Shown: piece after piece, positions 51,269 to 59,833 of the stretch
Numbering within the stretch: the first letter of the stretch is position 1
Layout of the letters: each line of letters starts with the position of its first letter
Source of the DNA: an uncultured Lachnospiraceae bacterium
GTDB taxonomy: Bacteria > Bacillota > Clostridia > Lachnospirales > Lachnospiraceae
Direction: 5' to 3'
DNA length: 64,000 nt
Assembly: GCA_947632555.1 (NCBI GenBank)
Contig: CANRPU010000013.1
Location: 21,082 to 85,081, forward strand
Made by a program: the position numbers and the translations under genes
Notes under the pieces: generated by a model
Told to the model about the DNA's origin: nothing
Seen by the model: the letters and a program-made list of their open reading frames with translations, nothing else
Databases searched by the model: none

Positions 51269-52495
51269 ATGAACCCACTTTACGTCGGTATTGATGTCAG
51301 CAGCAGATCCAATGTCGTATACCTGATGCTTCCTAACGGAGATAAGCACAGTAACTTTGAATTAAAAAACTCACATGATGGCTCCTCTCAGCTTGTGAAA
51401 AGAATTCTTTCTGCCATGACTTCTCATTCCCTTGACACGGTTCTGATCGGTCTCGAAGCAACCTCTGTTTATGGAGACAATCTCGTGTACTTTCTAAGGG
51501 AAGATGCCACTCTGGCACCATTTAACAGAAAGATTCATGTCCTCAATCCTAAGCAGGTAAATAAGTTCAAAGAATCTTATAATGACCTGCCTAAGAATGA
51601 TTATGTGGACTCTTTTGTCATTGCTGACTGCCTGCGTTTCGGTAGAATCAACAAAGAGGTATATATCGGGGACTATCGTTACAAAGCCCTCCAGAACCTT
51701 ACAAGGGCACGTTTCTTCGCCGTCCAGAACCTCATCAGGGAAAAACAGCGTTTCATCAATGTCCTGTTCAAGAAGTATTCTACGATGACGCAGGAGAAGG
51801 TATTTACTGATACCTTCAGCACTACAGCCTTAGCCGTCTACGAAGAGTTTGAATCCGCAGAAGCATTGGCCTCGATGGACTTACAAGAACTTACGGACTT
51901 CATTGTGGAAAAAGGGAAGAACCGCTTCCCTGATCCGGATGCCGTAGCCAAAGCCATCCAGAAAGCTGCCAGAAGTTCCTACCGTTTGCCTAAGACGGTA
52001 AATGACTCCGTTAATCAGGTGCTTTCTATATCCATAACCTCAATAAAGGCATTGGATGCTCAGATCAAAGAGTTCGATAAAGCAATCGCTGCCCAAATGG
52101 AACTCTTACCAAACGTATTGATATCTATTCCAGGCATTGGTCCTGTATTCTCAGCCGGTATCATGGCTGAAATCGGCGATATCAATCGTTTCGGGAACCA
52201 TGCCCAGCTTGCTAAATATGCAGGTCTTGCATGGAAACAACATCAGTCCGGAAGTTTTGAAGCCCAGACAACAAGGCTTATAAATTCCGGTAACCGCTTT
52301 TTAAAGTATTATCTGTGTGAAGCAGCTTTCTCCCTTGTAAGATGCGACAAGGAATACAGCGACTTCTACCACCTCAAATACAAAGAGGTGAACAGATATC
52401 AACATAAACGTGCACTCGCATTAACTGCCCGTAAATTTGTGCGGTTAGTCTTTCGACTGCTGAAAGACAATCGACTATATCGAGCAGCGGAATAG
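51269..52495 (+). CDS. IS110-family DEDD transposase/recombinase
   Basis: Motifs YVGIDVS, GLEATSVY, KNDYVD, IPGIGPV and LAKYAGL...QSG. Confidence 0.95.
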   Translation: MNPLYVGIDVSSRSNVVYLMLPNGDKHSNFELKNSHDGSSQLVKRILSAMTSHSLDTVLIGLEATSVYGDNLVYFLREDATLAPFNRKIHVLNPKQVNKFKESYNDLPKNDYVDSFVIADCLRFGRINKEVYIGDYRYKALQNLTRARFFAVQNLIREKQRFINVLFKKYSTMTQEKVFTDTFSTTALAVYEEFESAEALASMDLQELTDFIVEKGKNRFPDPDAVAKAIQKAARSSYRLPKTVNDSVNQVLSISITSIKALDAQIKEFDKAIAAQMELLPNVLISIPGIGPVFSAGIMAEIGDINRFGNHAQLAKYAGLAWKQHQSGSFEAQTTRLINSGNRFLKYYLCEAAFSLVRCDKEYSDFYHLKYKEVNRYQHKRALALTARKFVRLVFRLLKDNRLYRAAE

Positions 52496-52765
52496 TTATC
52501 TATTCCTGCTGATGAATGCCCTGCTCAAAAAGCAGATAACGCAGGGTTTGTTAAAGTTACCCTTTTTTCAGCAAATGATATGAAAACAACTCAAAAACAA
52601 TTTCAATTTACTCTTGACATATCACCGCTGGACTATTCCTATCATAATGAACTATTGTCCGCATATATGCCCATGCTGACCGGCATAAACTGTTACTGTT
52701 TTTCCCGAGTTTAAATTTCAAAAATAGTCATGAACTTGTCCGATCCCGCGCTTCCCGACAGTATC

Positions 52766-53311
52766 TCAAGAACGAAAATCATGGACCTTCCCCTGATATT
52801 CCTCTTTACGCAGGCTGTCCACATCCACGTAATAATCGGCCGGATCGTCGGGATTCACGTAGACCGCCACCTGCTGCCCCACATAGGGGTAAGTGTCCCC
52901 GAAAATGTTGCGGCTGCTGTAGAGAAATACGTCCCCGGTAAATTCGTCCGTATAACGGCACTCCAGCCTATTGGGGTGCCTGCCGTTGACGGCCACCTGA
53001 TAAACTATCTGGCTGCCCGTTACTTCCGCGTAGATCTTTTTCCCATGCTGCAGCAGCCGGTTTTTCTTTTTGTCCATTACCTTTACGGCTATGACAAATC
53101 CCAGTCCCACCATGAAAAAGGGAATCCCCACGGACGCCAGCACCACGGGGGCCACCCATACCGGCTCCTCTGTAACAGTAATCCGGGTCACTACCAGCCA
53201 GGCGCCCAAAGCCGCCAGCGTCATCAGGGCCCCCAATATCAGAAAGAGAATGCCCAGCAGCCTTTCTCCCAGATTTTCCGTTTTCTCAACGTTTCTTTCT
53301 CTGTTCCTCAT
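52766..53311 (-). CDS. DUF3592-like membrane protein
   Basis: Two TM helices followed by GQQVAVYVNPDDPADYYVD. Confidence 0.65.
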   Translation of the reverse strand: MRNRERNVEKTENLGERLLGILFLILGALMTLAALGAWLVVTRITVTEEPVWVAPVVLASVGIPFFMVGLGFVIAVKVMDKKKNRLLQHGKKIYAEVTGSQIVYQVAVNGRHPNRLECRYTDEFTGDVFLYSSRNIFGDTYPYVGQQVAVYVNPDDPADYYVDVDSLRKEEYQGKVHDFRS

Positions 53312-54177
53312 TCGTCCACCTTTCCTTCCAGCAGCTTCTCCAGGCTGATCTCGCCGTCAAACACATGAGTGGCCGGTCCGGTCATATATATCAGATCCGC
53401 TTCCCTGTCCCAGAAGATCTCCAGTTCCCCGCCGTTTAACTTTACCGTTACCCGCTCTTTGGTCAGGCCGTTCAATACGCAGGCCACTGCCGTGGCGCAG
53501 GAACCCGTACCGCAGGCCAGGGTTTCGCCCGTTCCTCTTTCCCATACCCGCATCCGCACGGTATCCTGATCCAGCACCTTGACAAATTCCGCGTTCACCC
53601 GCCTGGGAAAAAGGGGATGATGCTCAAAGGCCGGCCCTATGGTTTCTATGGGTAGATCTTCCACATCGTCCATAAAGACCACCGCGTGAGGATTCCCCAT
53701 GGACACGCAGGTCACGCGATATTCTTTTCCCAGCACTTCAATGGGAATATTGACGGCCCGTTCCCCCTGCGCCAATACGGGAATCTGAGCCGGAACCAGC
53801 TGAGGCGCGCCCATATTGACTTTTACCGCGGACACCTTTTGGTTTTCCGTAACCAGCTCCATCTGCCGGATCTGGCCGGCGCTGATAATGCTGAAACGCT
53901 CTTTTTTTATCATGCCTCTGTCATAAACATACTTCGCCACACAGCGGATGCCGTTGCCGCACATCTCCGACCTGCTGCCGTCCGCATTGTACATTTCCAT
54001 CTCAAAATCGGCCTCGTGGGAAGGGTTGATAAAGATCACGCCGTCCCCGCCGACCCCAAAATGCCGGTCGCTCAGCTTTCTTACGATTTCCGGCTTATCC
54101 TCCGGCCTCAGCTTTTCTTTCGCGCCGTCCACATAGATATAGTCGTTGCCGCAGCCTTCCATTTTGGTAAACTTCAT
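53308..54177 (-). CDS. dapF: Diaminopimelate epimerase
   Basis: Motifs KMEGCGND, EMCGNGIRC, SMGNPH and ERGTGETLACGTG. Confidence 0.95.
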   Translation of the reverse strand: MKFTKMEGCGNDYIYVDGAKEKLRPEDKPEIVRKLSDRHFGVGGDGVIFINPSHEADFEMEMYNADGSRSEMCGNGIRCVAKYVYDRGMIKKERFSIISAGQIRQMELVTENQKVSAVKVNMGAPQLVPAQIPVLAQGERAVNIPIEVLGKEYRVTCVSMGNPHAVVFMDDVEDLPIETIGPAFEHHPLFPRRVNAEFVKVLDQDTVRMRVWERGTGETLACGTGSCATAVACVLNGLTKERVTVKLNGGELEIFWDREADLIYMTGPATHVFDGEISLEKLLEGKVDE

Positions 54178-54192
54178 CTGCCCTTTCCCCCT

Positions 54193-54741
54193 TTACAGCT
54201 TCATCATGGACAATACCATCCGCGCGGTTTCCACCATATTGGTGCCGGAATCCATACTGCATTTCTGCAGATAGCGATGCGCTTCCTCCTCCGTCATGCG
54301 GTTGCGCTCCATCAGGATACTTTTCGCCTCTTTCAGCAGTTCCTTTTCCTCCTGACTGCGTTCCCTGGGGCGCAGACGCTCTTTTTTTCTGCGGCGCTCC
54401 TGGTTTTCCGCCATCATGCCAAGGGTACTGAGCAGATCCGGTACCTTAAGGGGCATTGATAAGTATATTATATCATGCTCTTCGCATTCACTCAAGTATT
54501 GGGGGGACGCCAGCATAAGCATCTCGAACCCCTGGGGTAAGTATTCGTGCAACTGGGAATACAGCATATCCACCATCTTATAGCCGCATATCACGATACC
54601 GCCGTTTAAACCGTCTGTCTGGCTGACAGCCTGTGTTCCGGTGGTACATACTCCAACCACATGAAATCCGTTTCTGGCCAACAGGTTTCTAATGCTTTTC
54701 GCGTCATCAATCTTCGGAAAAACGACAATAATATTCGTCAC
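54193..54741 (-). CDS. ANTAR-domain antiterminator with an atypical receiver domain (NitR-like)
   Basis: C-terminal ANTAR (AKSILMERNRMTEEEAHRYLQKCSMD). GTG start follows GGAGG. Confidence 0.85.
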   Translation of the reverse strand: MTNIIVVFPKIDDAKSIRNLLARNGFHVVGVCTTGTQAVSQTDGLNGGIVICGYKMVDMLYSQLHEYLPQGFEMLMLASPQYLSECEEHDIIYLSMPLKVPDLLSTLGMMAENQERRRKKERLRPRERSQEEKELLKEAKSILMERNRMTEEEAHRYLQKCSMDSGTNMVETARMVLSMMKL

Positions 54742-54816
54742 ACGCACACCTCCTTCCTGTGGGATTTCATGGCACACGGGTGCCAAGCGCCATTGATACA
54801 TTCAGGAAAGCGCGCG

Positions 54817-56148
54817 TTAAAACCTGTTCAGATACTCCCGGATCTCCCAATCCGTCACCTGGGAACGATAGCGGTGCCATTCCGCCTTTTTGGCAGCGAT
54901 ATAACGCCGGGAAACATGTTTGCCCAGAACTTCCTGCACAAAAGTATCCTTTTCCATTTCCGCGATGGCCTCTATCAGGGTACCGGGAAGTTCCTCGATC
55001 CCCAGCGCCTTTCTCTCTTCTTCCTTCATCTCGGAAATATTTCCGTCCACACTGGCGGGAGGCTCTATTTTGTTTTGGATGCCGTCCAGCCCCGCCATCA
55101 GGCACAGCGCCAGCGTCAGGTAGGGATTGGCGGAAGGATCCGGGCTGCGCAGCTCAATACGGGTGTCCTCACCATAGGAAGCGGGGATCCGGATCAGAGG
55201 GCTGCGGCTCTTGTCGCTCCACGCCACGTAGACCGGCGCCTCATAGCCCGGCACCAGCCGTTTATAGGAATTGACCAGCGGATTGGTGACCGCCGCCATT
55301 CCTTTTACGTGCTTCATCAGCCCGCCGATAAACCAGTAGGCTTCTCTGCTCAAGCCCCTGGCATCCGAGCCGTCGCTGAAGACATTCCTGTCCCCCTGAA
55401 AGAGCGACATATTGATATGCATACCGGAGCCGCTGACATCTTTCTGCGGTTTCGGCATGAAGGTGGCATGAAGGCCGTGTCTTCTGGCAATGGTCTTCAC
55501 CGCCAGCTTAAAGGTCATGATATTGTCGGCCGTTGCCAGCGCCTCGTCATATTTAAAATCAATTTCATGCTGGGCCGGCGCGCTTTCATGATGGGATCCC
55601 TCTATCTCAAAGCCCATGCTCTCCAGCGTCATGATCATGTCCCTGCGGGCGTTTTCCCCGAAGTCCATGGGGCTCATGTCAAAATAGCCGGCCTGCTCGT
55701 AGGTGATGGTGGTAGGCATGGCGTTCTCGTCCGTATGGAACAGGAAAAATTCACATTCCGGCCCCACATTAAAGGTATAGCCCATCCGCGCGGCTTCCGC
55801 CACCGCGCGTTTCAGCACATAGCGGGGATCTCCTTCAAAGGGCTCTCCACCGGGTCTGTGCACGTCGCAGATCAGCCTCGCCACTTTGCCCTGCTGCGGC
55901 CTCCAGGGGAAGATCTCCATGGTGGAAAGGTTGGGATATAAATACATATCGGAATCTTCGATCCCCACAAATCCTTCTATGGACGAACCGTCAAACCTGC
56001 ATTTGTTATCTAACGCTTTCTCCAGCTGACCCGATGTAATGGCCACATTTTTCAGATTGCCGAATATGTCGGTAAACTGCAGGCGGATAAACTCCACGTC
56101 TTCCTCTTTTACCAGTCTTATGATATCTTCCTTCGTATAATGCTTCAT
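54817..56148 (-). CDS. glnA: Glutamine synthetase type I
   Basis: Motifs FDGSSIEG, GPECEFFLF, HHESAPAQHEI, FMPKP, GSGMH and RIELRSPD. Confidence 0.96.
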   Translation of the reverse strand: MKHYTKEDIIRLVKEEDVEFIRLQFTDIFGNLKNVAITSGQLEKALDNKCRFDGSSIEGFVGIEDSDMYLYPNLSTMEIFPWRPQQGKVARLICDVHRPGGEPFEGDPRYVLKRAVAEAARMGYTFNVGPECEFFLFHTDENAMPTTITYEQAGYFDMSPMDFGENARRDMIMTLESMGFEIEGSHHESAPAQHEIDFKYDEALATADNIMTFKLAVKTIARRHGLHATFMPKPQKDVSGSGMHINMSLFQGDRNVFSDGSDARGLSREAYWFIGGLMKHVKGMAAVTNPLVNSYKRLVPGYEAPVYVAWSDKSRSPLIRIPASYGEDTRIELRSPDPSANPYLTLALCLMAGLDGIQNKIEPPASVDGNISEMKEEERKALGIEELPGTLIEAIAEMEKDTFVQEVLGKHVSRRYIAAKKAEWHRYRSQVTDWEIREYLNRF

Positions 56149-56170
56149 ATGCTCACGATTCCTTTCTTTT

Positions 56171-56212
56171 AAAAAAGGGCGTTCTTATACCGCATAAGAA
56201 CGCCTTTGTTCT
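56171..56212 (-). promoter_or_regulatory. glnA leader attenuator: terminator overlapped by an ANTAR-type hexaloop hairpin
   Basis: Terminator GGCGTTCTTAT/ATAAGAACGCC plus T-run. The overlapping hairpin AGAAC-AAAGGC-GTTCT has loop A1/G4. Confidence 0.75.
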
Positions 56213-56217
56213 GTTCC

Positions 56218-56247
56218 ATAATAGCAATCTCCCCACCGCCTTGTCAA
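56218..56247 (-). promoter_or_regulatory. Candidate glnA promoter
   Basis: TTGACA-N18-TATTAT with an extended TG. Confidence 0.55.
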
Positions 56248-56315
56248 TACAATTATGTGCTAAGAAAGGCGCGGGCCGCATATGGTATAGAAAAGAAAAA
56301 ATACAGGGACCTTTT

Positions 56316-56906
56316 ATGAGCGCCAAAACAAAAATCGTGGTACTCCACGTGAAAGAATTGATCTACGCGGGCATTATCGCCGCTTTCGGGATTCTGTTTC
56401 TGGTACTGCTGATCATCATGTTTCTTCCGAAACACGACAGCAGCCCGGAGGATGCGCCCAGTCCCGGTCAGGAGATAAATTCGGAATCTCTTCCTGACCC
56501 GGAACACGCATCCGGTACGGAATCTCTTCCGGATCCGGAATCTCCGCGGCCGTCCGGATCCGTATCGGGAAACGCCGCGGGAAACGGGGAAACTTCCTAC
56601 ATACCCGGCGTTTACACCACATCCCTGGTGCTGAATGAACAGGCCGTGGATATTGAGGTCATCGTGGATAAAGACTCCATAACCTCCGTCCGTATGGTGA
56701 ACCTGGACGATGCCATTGCCACCATGTATCCTTTAGTACAGCCTTCCCTGGAGTCCCTTGCCGCGCAGATATGCGAAAAACAATCCCTGGATGACCTTTC
56801 CTATCCTATGGAAAGCCGGTACACTTCCCTGGTGCTGATAGACGCCATTGACACCGCTCTGCAGAAAGCCGTTGTCAATCCCGGGGAAGAAGAGTTCCTT
56901 CCTTAA
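56316..56906 (+). CDS. Membrane-anchored hypothetical protein
   Basis: Begins MSAKTKIVVLHVKEL, then a TM helix, a Pro/Ser linker and a domain starting YIPGVYTTSL. Confidence 0.7.
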   Translation: MSAKTKIVVLHVKELIYAGIIAAFGILFLVLLIIMFLPKHDSSPEDAPSPGQEINSESLPDPEHASGTESLPDPESPRPSGSVSGNAAGNGETSYIPGVYTTSLVLNEQAVDIEVIVDKDSITSVRMVNLDDAIATMYPLVQPSLESLAAQICEKQSLDDLSYPMESRYTSLVLIDAIDTALQKAVVNPGEEEFLP

Positions 56907-56960
56907 CGGATTTTCCTGACGAGGGACTTTCTCTGAAAACATATGGGAAAGAAACATAAG

Positions 56961-57012
56961 AAAAAGGGCTGCCCCGCTTATCCGGTCTTCCGGTAATCGG
57001 TTCAGCCCTTTT
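56961..57012. terminator. Probable bidirectional terminator
   Basis: AAAAAGGGCTG...CAGCCCTTTT between convergent genes. Confidence 0.6.
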
Positions 57013-57027
57013 CCGCGTCCGCGCCTC

Positions 57028-58941
57028 TCAGGACAATTCTTCCACCTGCTTTAACCAGATCTCGGCATCGGCGTCGGAAGGCATGCGCAGATCCCCTCTC
57101 GGAGATACCGCCACGCTTCCTACCTTGGGCCCGTCCGGCAGGCAGGAACGTTTAAACTGCTGGGCGAAGAAACGTCTGTAAAACAGCTTCATCCATTTTA
57201 AGATCTCTTCGCCGGTATATTCTCCCGCGAAAGCCAGTCCGGCCAGCCTGTACACTTTGGCAGGCTCAAAACCGCAGCGCAGCATGTAATACAGGAAAAA
57301 ATCATGCAGTTCATACGGTCCCACCAGTTCCTCCGTTTTCTGGGAGATCACGCCGTCCACCGGAGGGAGCAGTTCGGGGCTGACCGGCGTATCCAGCACG
57401 TCCGAAAGCACCTTCCGCAGTTCTTCCGTTTCACAGGTATCCGCGTAAAACCGTACCAGATGGCGCACCAGCGTTTTGGGAACGCCCGCGTTGACGCCGT
57501 ACATGGACATATGGTCCCCGTTGTAGGTGGCGAACCCCAGCGCCAGTTCCGACATGTCCCCCGTTCCGATCACAAGCGCGTTTTCCTTGTTGGCGATATC
57601 CATCAGAATCTGCGTGCGCTCCCTGGCCTGTCCGTTTTCATAGACAACATCGTGGACTTCCATGGACTGACCGATATCCGCGAAATGTACCGTTACCGCT
57701 TCTTTGATATTGATCTCCAGCAGAGAGGCCCGCAGGGTCCGCGCCAGCCTGCATGCGTTCTCATAGGTTCTGTCCGTAGTGCCGAAGCAGGGCATGGTAA
57801 CGGCCAGAATGTTTTCCCTGGGCAGCCCCAGCATATCGAAAGTCCGCACTGTAACTAACAGCGCCAGCGTAGAATCCAGTCCGCCGGAAACGCCTATCAC
57901 CGCCTTCTTGCACCCTGTATGCTCATACCGCTTTTTCAGGCCGTAAGACTGGATAGAGAGGATCTCCTCACAGCGCCTGTTCCGTTCCGTATTGTCAGAG
58001 GGTACGAAGGGCATGGGCGCGAAGGTCCGAGTCAGCCGGGTTTCCTCCTTTTTCAGGGAAAAGGACACCGTCAGATAGCCGTCCCCGTTTCCGGGCATAA
58101 AGGTGCTCATGCGCCGGCGTTCCGCCCGCAGCCTGTGAATGTCGATATCCCCATAGACGGTTTCATTGCGAAACCGCTTGGCCTGCGCCAGCACGGTACC
58201 GTTCTCCGCGATCATGTTGTGTCCGCCGAATACCAGATCCTGCGTGGATTCTCCCTCTCCCGCTCCCGCGTAGACATAGCCTGCCACCAGTCTGGCGCTG
58301 GCGGATTTCACCAGCATTTCCCGATAGGCATCCTTGCCGATGGTTTCATTGGAGGCGGAAAGATTGACAATGATCGTGGCGCCTGCCAGCGCGTGGGCCG
58401 TTGCCGGCGGTTCGGGCACCCACAGATCCTCGCAGATCTCACAGGCTACCTTAAGCCCCTTGATAGCGTCACAGGCAAAAAGCAGTCTGCCGCCAAAGGG
58501 AACCTGTTCGCTCCCGATCGCCGTATAGCAGACTTCTTCCGCTCCCGGCGTGAAATGTCTTCCCTCGTAAAATTCCGCGTAAGCGGGAATATATCTTTTG
58601 GGCACTAGTCCCAGGATCCTGCCGCCGCTCAGAGCGGCCGCCACATTGTAGAGCTTGCCGTCCTTCTCAAACGGCAGTCCCACAAACACCAGCGCATCCA
58701 GGCCGCCGGTAAACTCCGCCAGCTCCCGCAGCGCTCTCAGCGCCTCCTCCAGCAGGAGTTCCTGCAAAAACAGATCCCCGCAGGTATATCCTGTCAGGCA
58801 CAGTTCCGGGAACACGATGATCTTCGCTCCCCTGCCGCAGGCCTCCGTCAAACATAATTTTATCTGCTCTTCATTATAGGGCACATCCGCCACTTTGATC
58901 CTGGGCGTGACCGCCGCCGTTTTTATGAATCCCTGTTTCAT
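57028..58941 (-). CDS. nadE: Glutamine-dependent NAD+ synthetase
   Basis: Nitrilase domain (FPELCLTGY, EICEDLW) followed by GVSGGLDST, GTGDMSE and FKRSCLPDGP. Confidence 0.95.
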   Translation of the reverse strand: MKQGFIKTAAVTPRIKVADVPYNEEQIKLCLTEACGRGAKIIVFPELCLTGYTCGDLFLQELLLEEALRALRELAEFTGGLDALVFVGLPFEKDGKLYNVAAALSGGRILGLVPKRYIPAYAEFYEGRHFTPGAEEVCYTAIGSEQVPFGGRLLFACDAIKGLKVACEICEDLWVPEPPATAHALAGATIIVNLSASNETIGKDAYREMLVKSASARLVAGYVYAGAGEGESTQDLVFGGHNMIAENGTVLAQAKRFRNETVYGDIDIHRLRAERRRMSTFMPGNGDGYLTVSFSLKKEETRLTRTFAPMPFVPSDNTERNRRCEEILSIQSYGLKKRYEHTGCKKAVIGVSGGLDSTLALLVTVRTFDMLGLPRENILAVTMPCFGTTDRTYENACRLARTLRASLLEINIKEAVTVHFADIGQSMEVHDVVYENGQARERTQILMDIANKENALVIGTGDMSELALGFATYNGDHMSMYGVNAGVPKTLVRHLVRFYADTCETEELRKVLSDVLDTPVSPELLPPVDGVISQKTEELVGPYELHDFFLYYMLRCGFEPAKVYRLAGLAFAGEYTGEEILKWMKLFYRRFFAQQFKRSCLPDGPKVGSVAVSPRGDLRMPSDADAEIWLKQVEELS

Positions 58942-58950
58942 GCCGCCCTC

Positions 58951-59832
58951 CTACCGCGATGCCTTCTGACACATTTTCTTCAGTTCTTCCGGAGAAAAAA
59001 CATATCGTCTGCCGCAAAACTGGCAGCTCACCTCTGTTTCCCTGCCGTCCGCTATCATATCCTCCAGTTCCGCCCTGCCTATACTGATCAGCGCCCTTTC
59101 CACCCTTTCCCTGCCGCAGCCGCAGAAAAAGGACAGGGGCATGGTATCCGCGCACACCGGATCCAGGCCGTCCAGCAGGAGCATCAGCAGATCCTCCGGC
59201 GTGCTTCCCTGGTCTAAAAGGGAGGTGACGGAACTTACTCCGCTTAAATTCTTTTCCAGTCTTGCGATCACCTGCTCTTCCGCGAAAGGCATCACCTGAA
59301 TAATAAATCCTCCCGCCCGGCGCACCGTATTTTCCCTGTTCATCAAAACGCCCAGTCCCACGGAAGAAGGAACCTGCTCCGACAGGGCGAAATAAGCGGT
59401 CAGATCTTCCGCGATCTCTCCCGTCTGTAAATCAGTCTGCCCAACATAGGGCTCTTTCAGTCCCATATCTTTGACAACCCGCAGGATCCCCTTCCCCACA
59501 GCGCCGCCCACGTCCAGTTTCCCCTTGGCGTTGGCGGGAAGGATCACATCCGGCTGGTTTACATAACCTTTTACATGCCCGGCGGCGTCCGCCGTCACGG
59601 TCAGTCCGCCCAGAGGCCCGTCCCCGCTGATCTGCAGCGTCAGAAGATCGTTCTCACCTTTCAGCATACTTCCCATCATGCAGCCCGCCGTCAACAGCCT
59701 GCCCAGCGCCGCGGAAGCCACCGGACTGGTATTGTGTATGCTCCGGGCTTTTTCCGTCAGCCCGCCTGTCGTGCAGGCGAAGGCTCTGATCTGCGCCTGC
59801 GCCGCCGTTCCTCTTACCAAATAGTCCGTCAT
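58951..59832 (-). CDS. hslO: Hsp33 redox-regulated chaperone
   Basis: Motifs GEIAEDLTAYF..SEQ and GGFIIQ, with the zinc motif CGC...CQFC. Confidence 0.93.
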   Translation of the reverse strand: MTDYLVRGTAAQAQIRAFACTTGGLTEKARSIHNTSPVASAALGRLLTAGCMMGSMLKGENDLLTLQISGDGPLGGLTVTADAAGHVKGYVNQPDVILPANAKGKLDVGGAVGKGILRVVKDMGLKEPYVGQTDLQTGEIAEDLTAYFALSEQVPSSVGLGVLMNRENTVRRAGGFIIQVMPFAEEQVIARLEKNLSGVSSVTSLLDQGSTPEDLLMLLLDGLDPVCADTMPLSFFCGCGRERVERALISIGRAELEDMIADGRETEVSCQFCGRRYVFSPEELKKMCQKASR

Positions 59833-59833
59833 T

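Larger units (their letters stand above)
50953..52634 (+). mobile_element. IS110-family insertion sequence (ends approximate)
   Basis: AT-richer block with no terminal inverted repeats. Ends are inferred from a shared ACT at both junctions, and a TTGACA lies at 52614-52619 near the right end. Confidence 0.8.

Noticed and set aside
50953-52634. IS1111-type element with sub-terminal inverted repeats
   Set aside because: I found no such repeats, and the long non-coding region is upstream of the ORF, which fits the IS110 subgroup.
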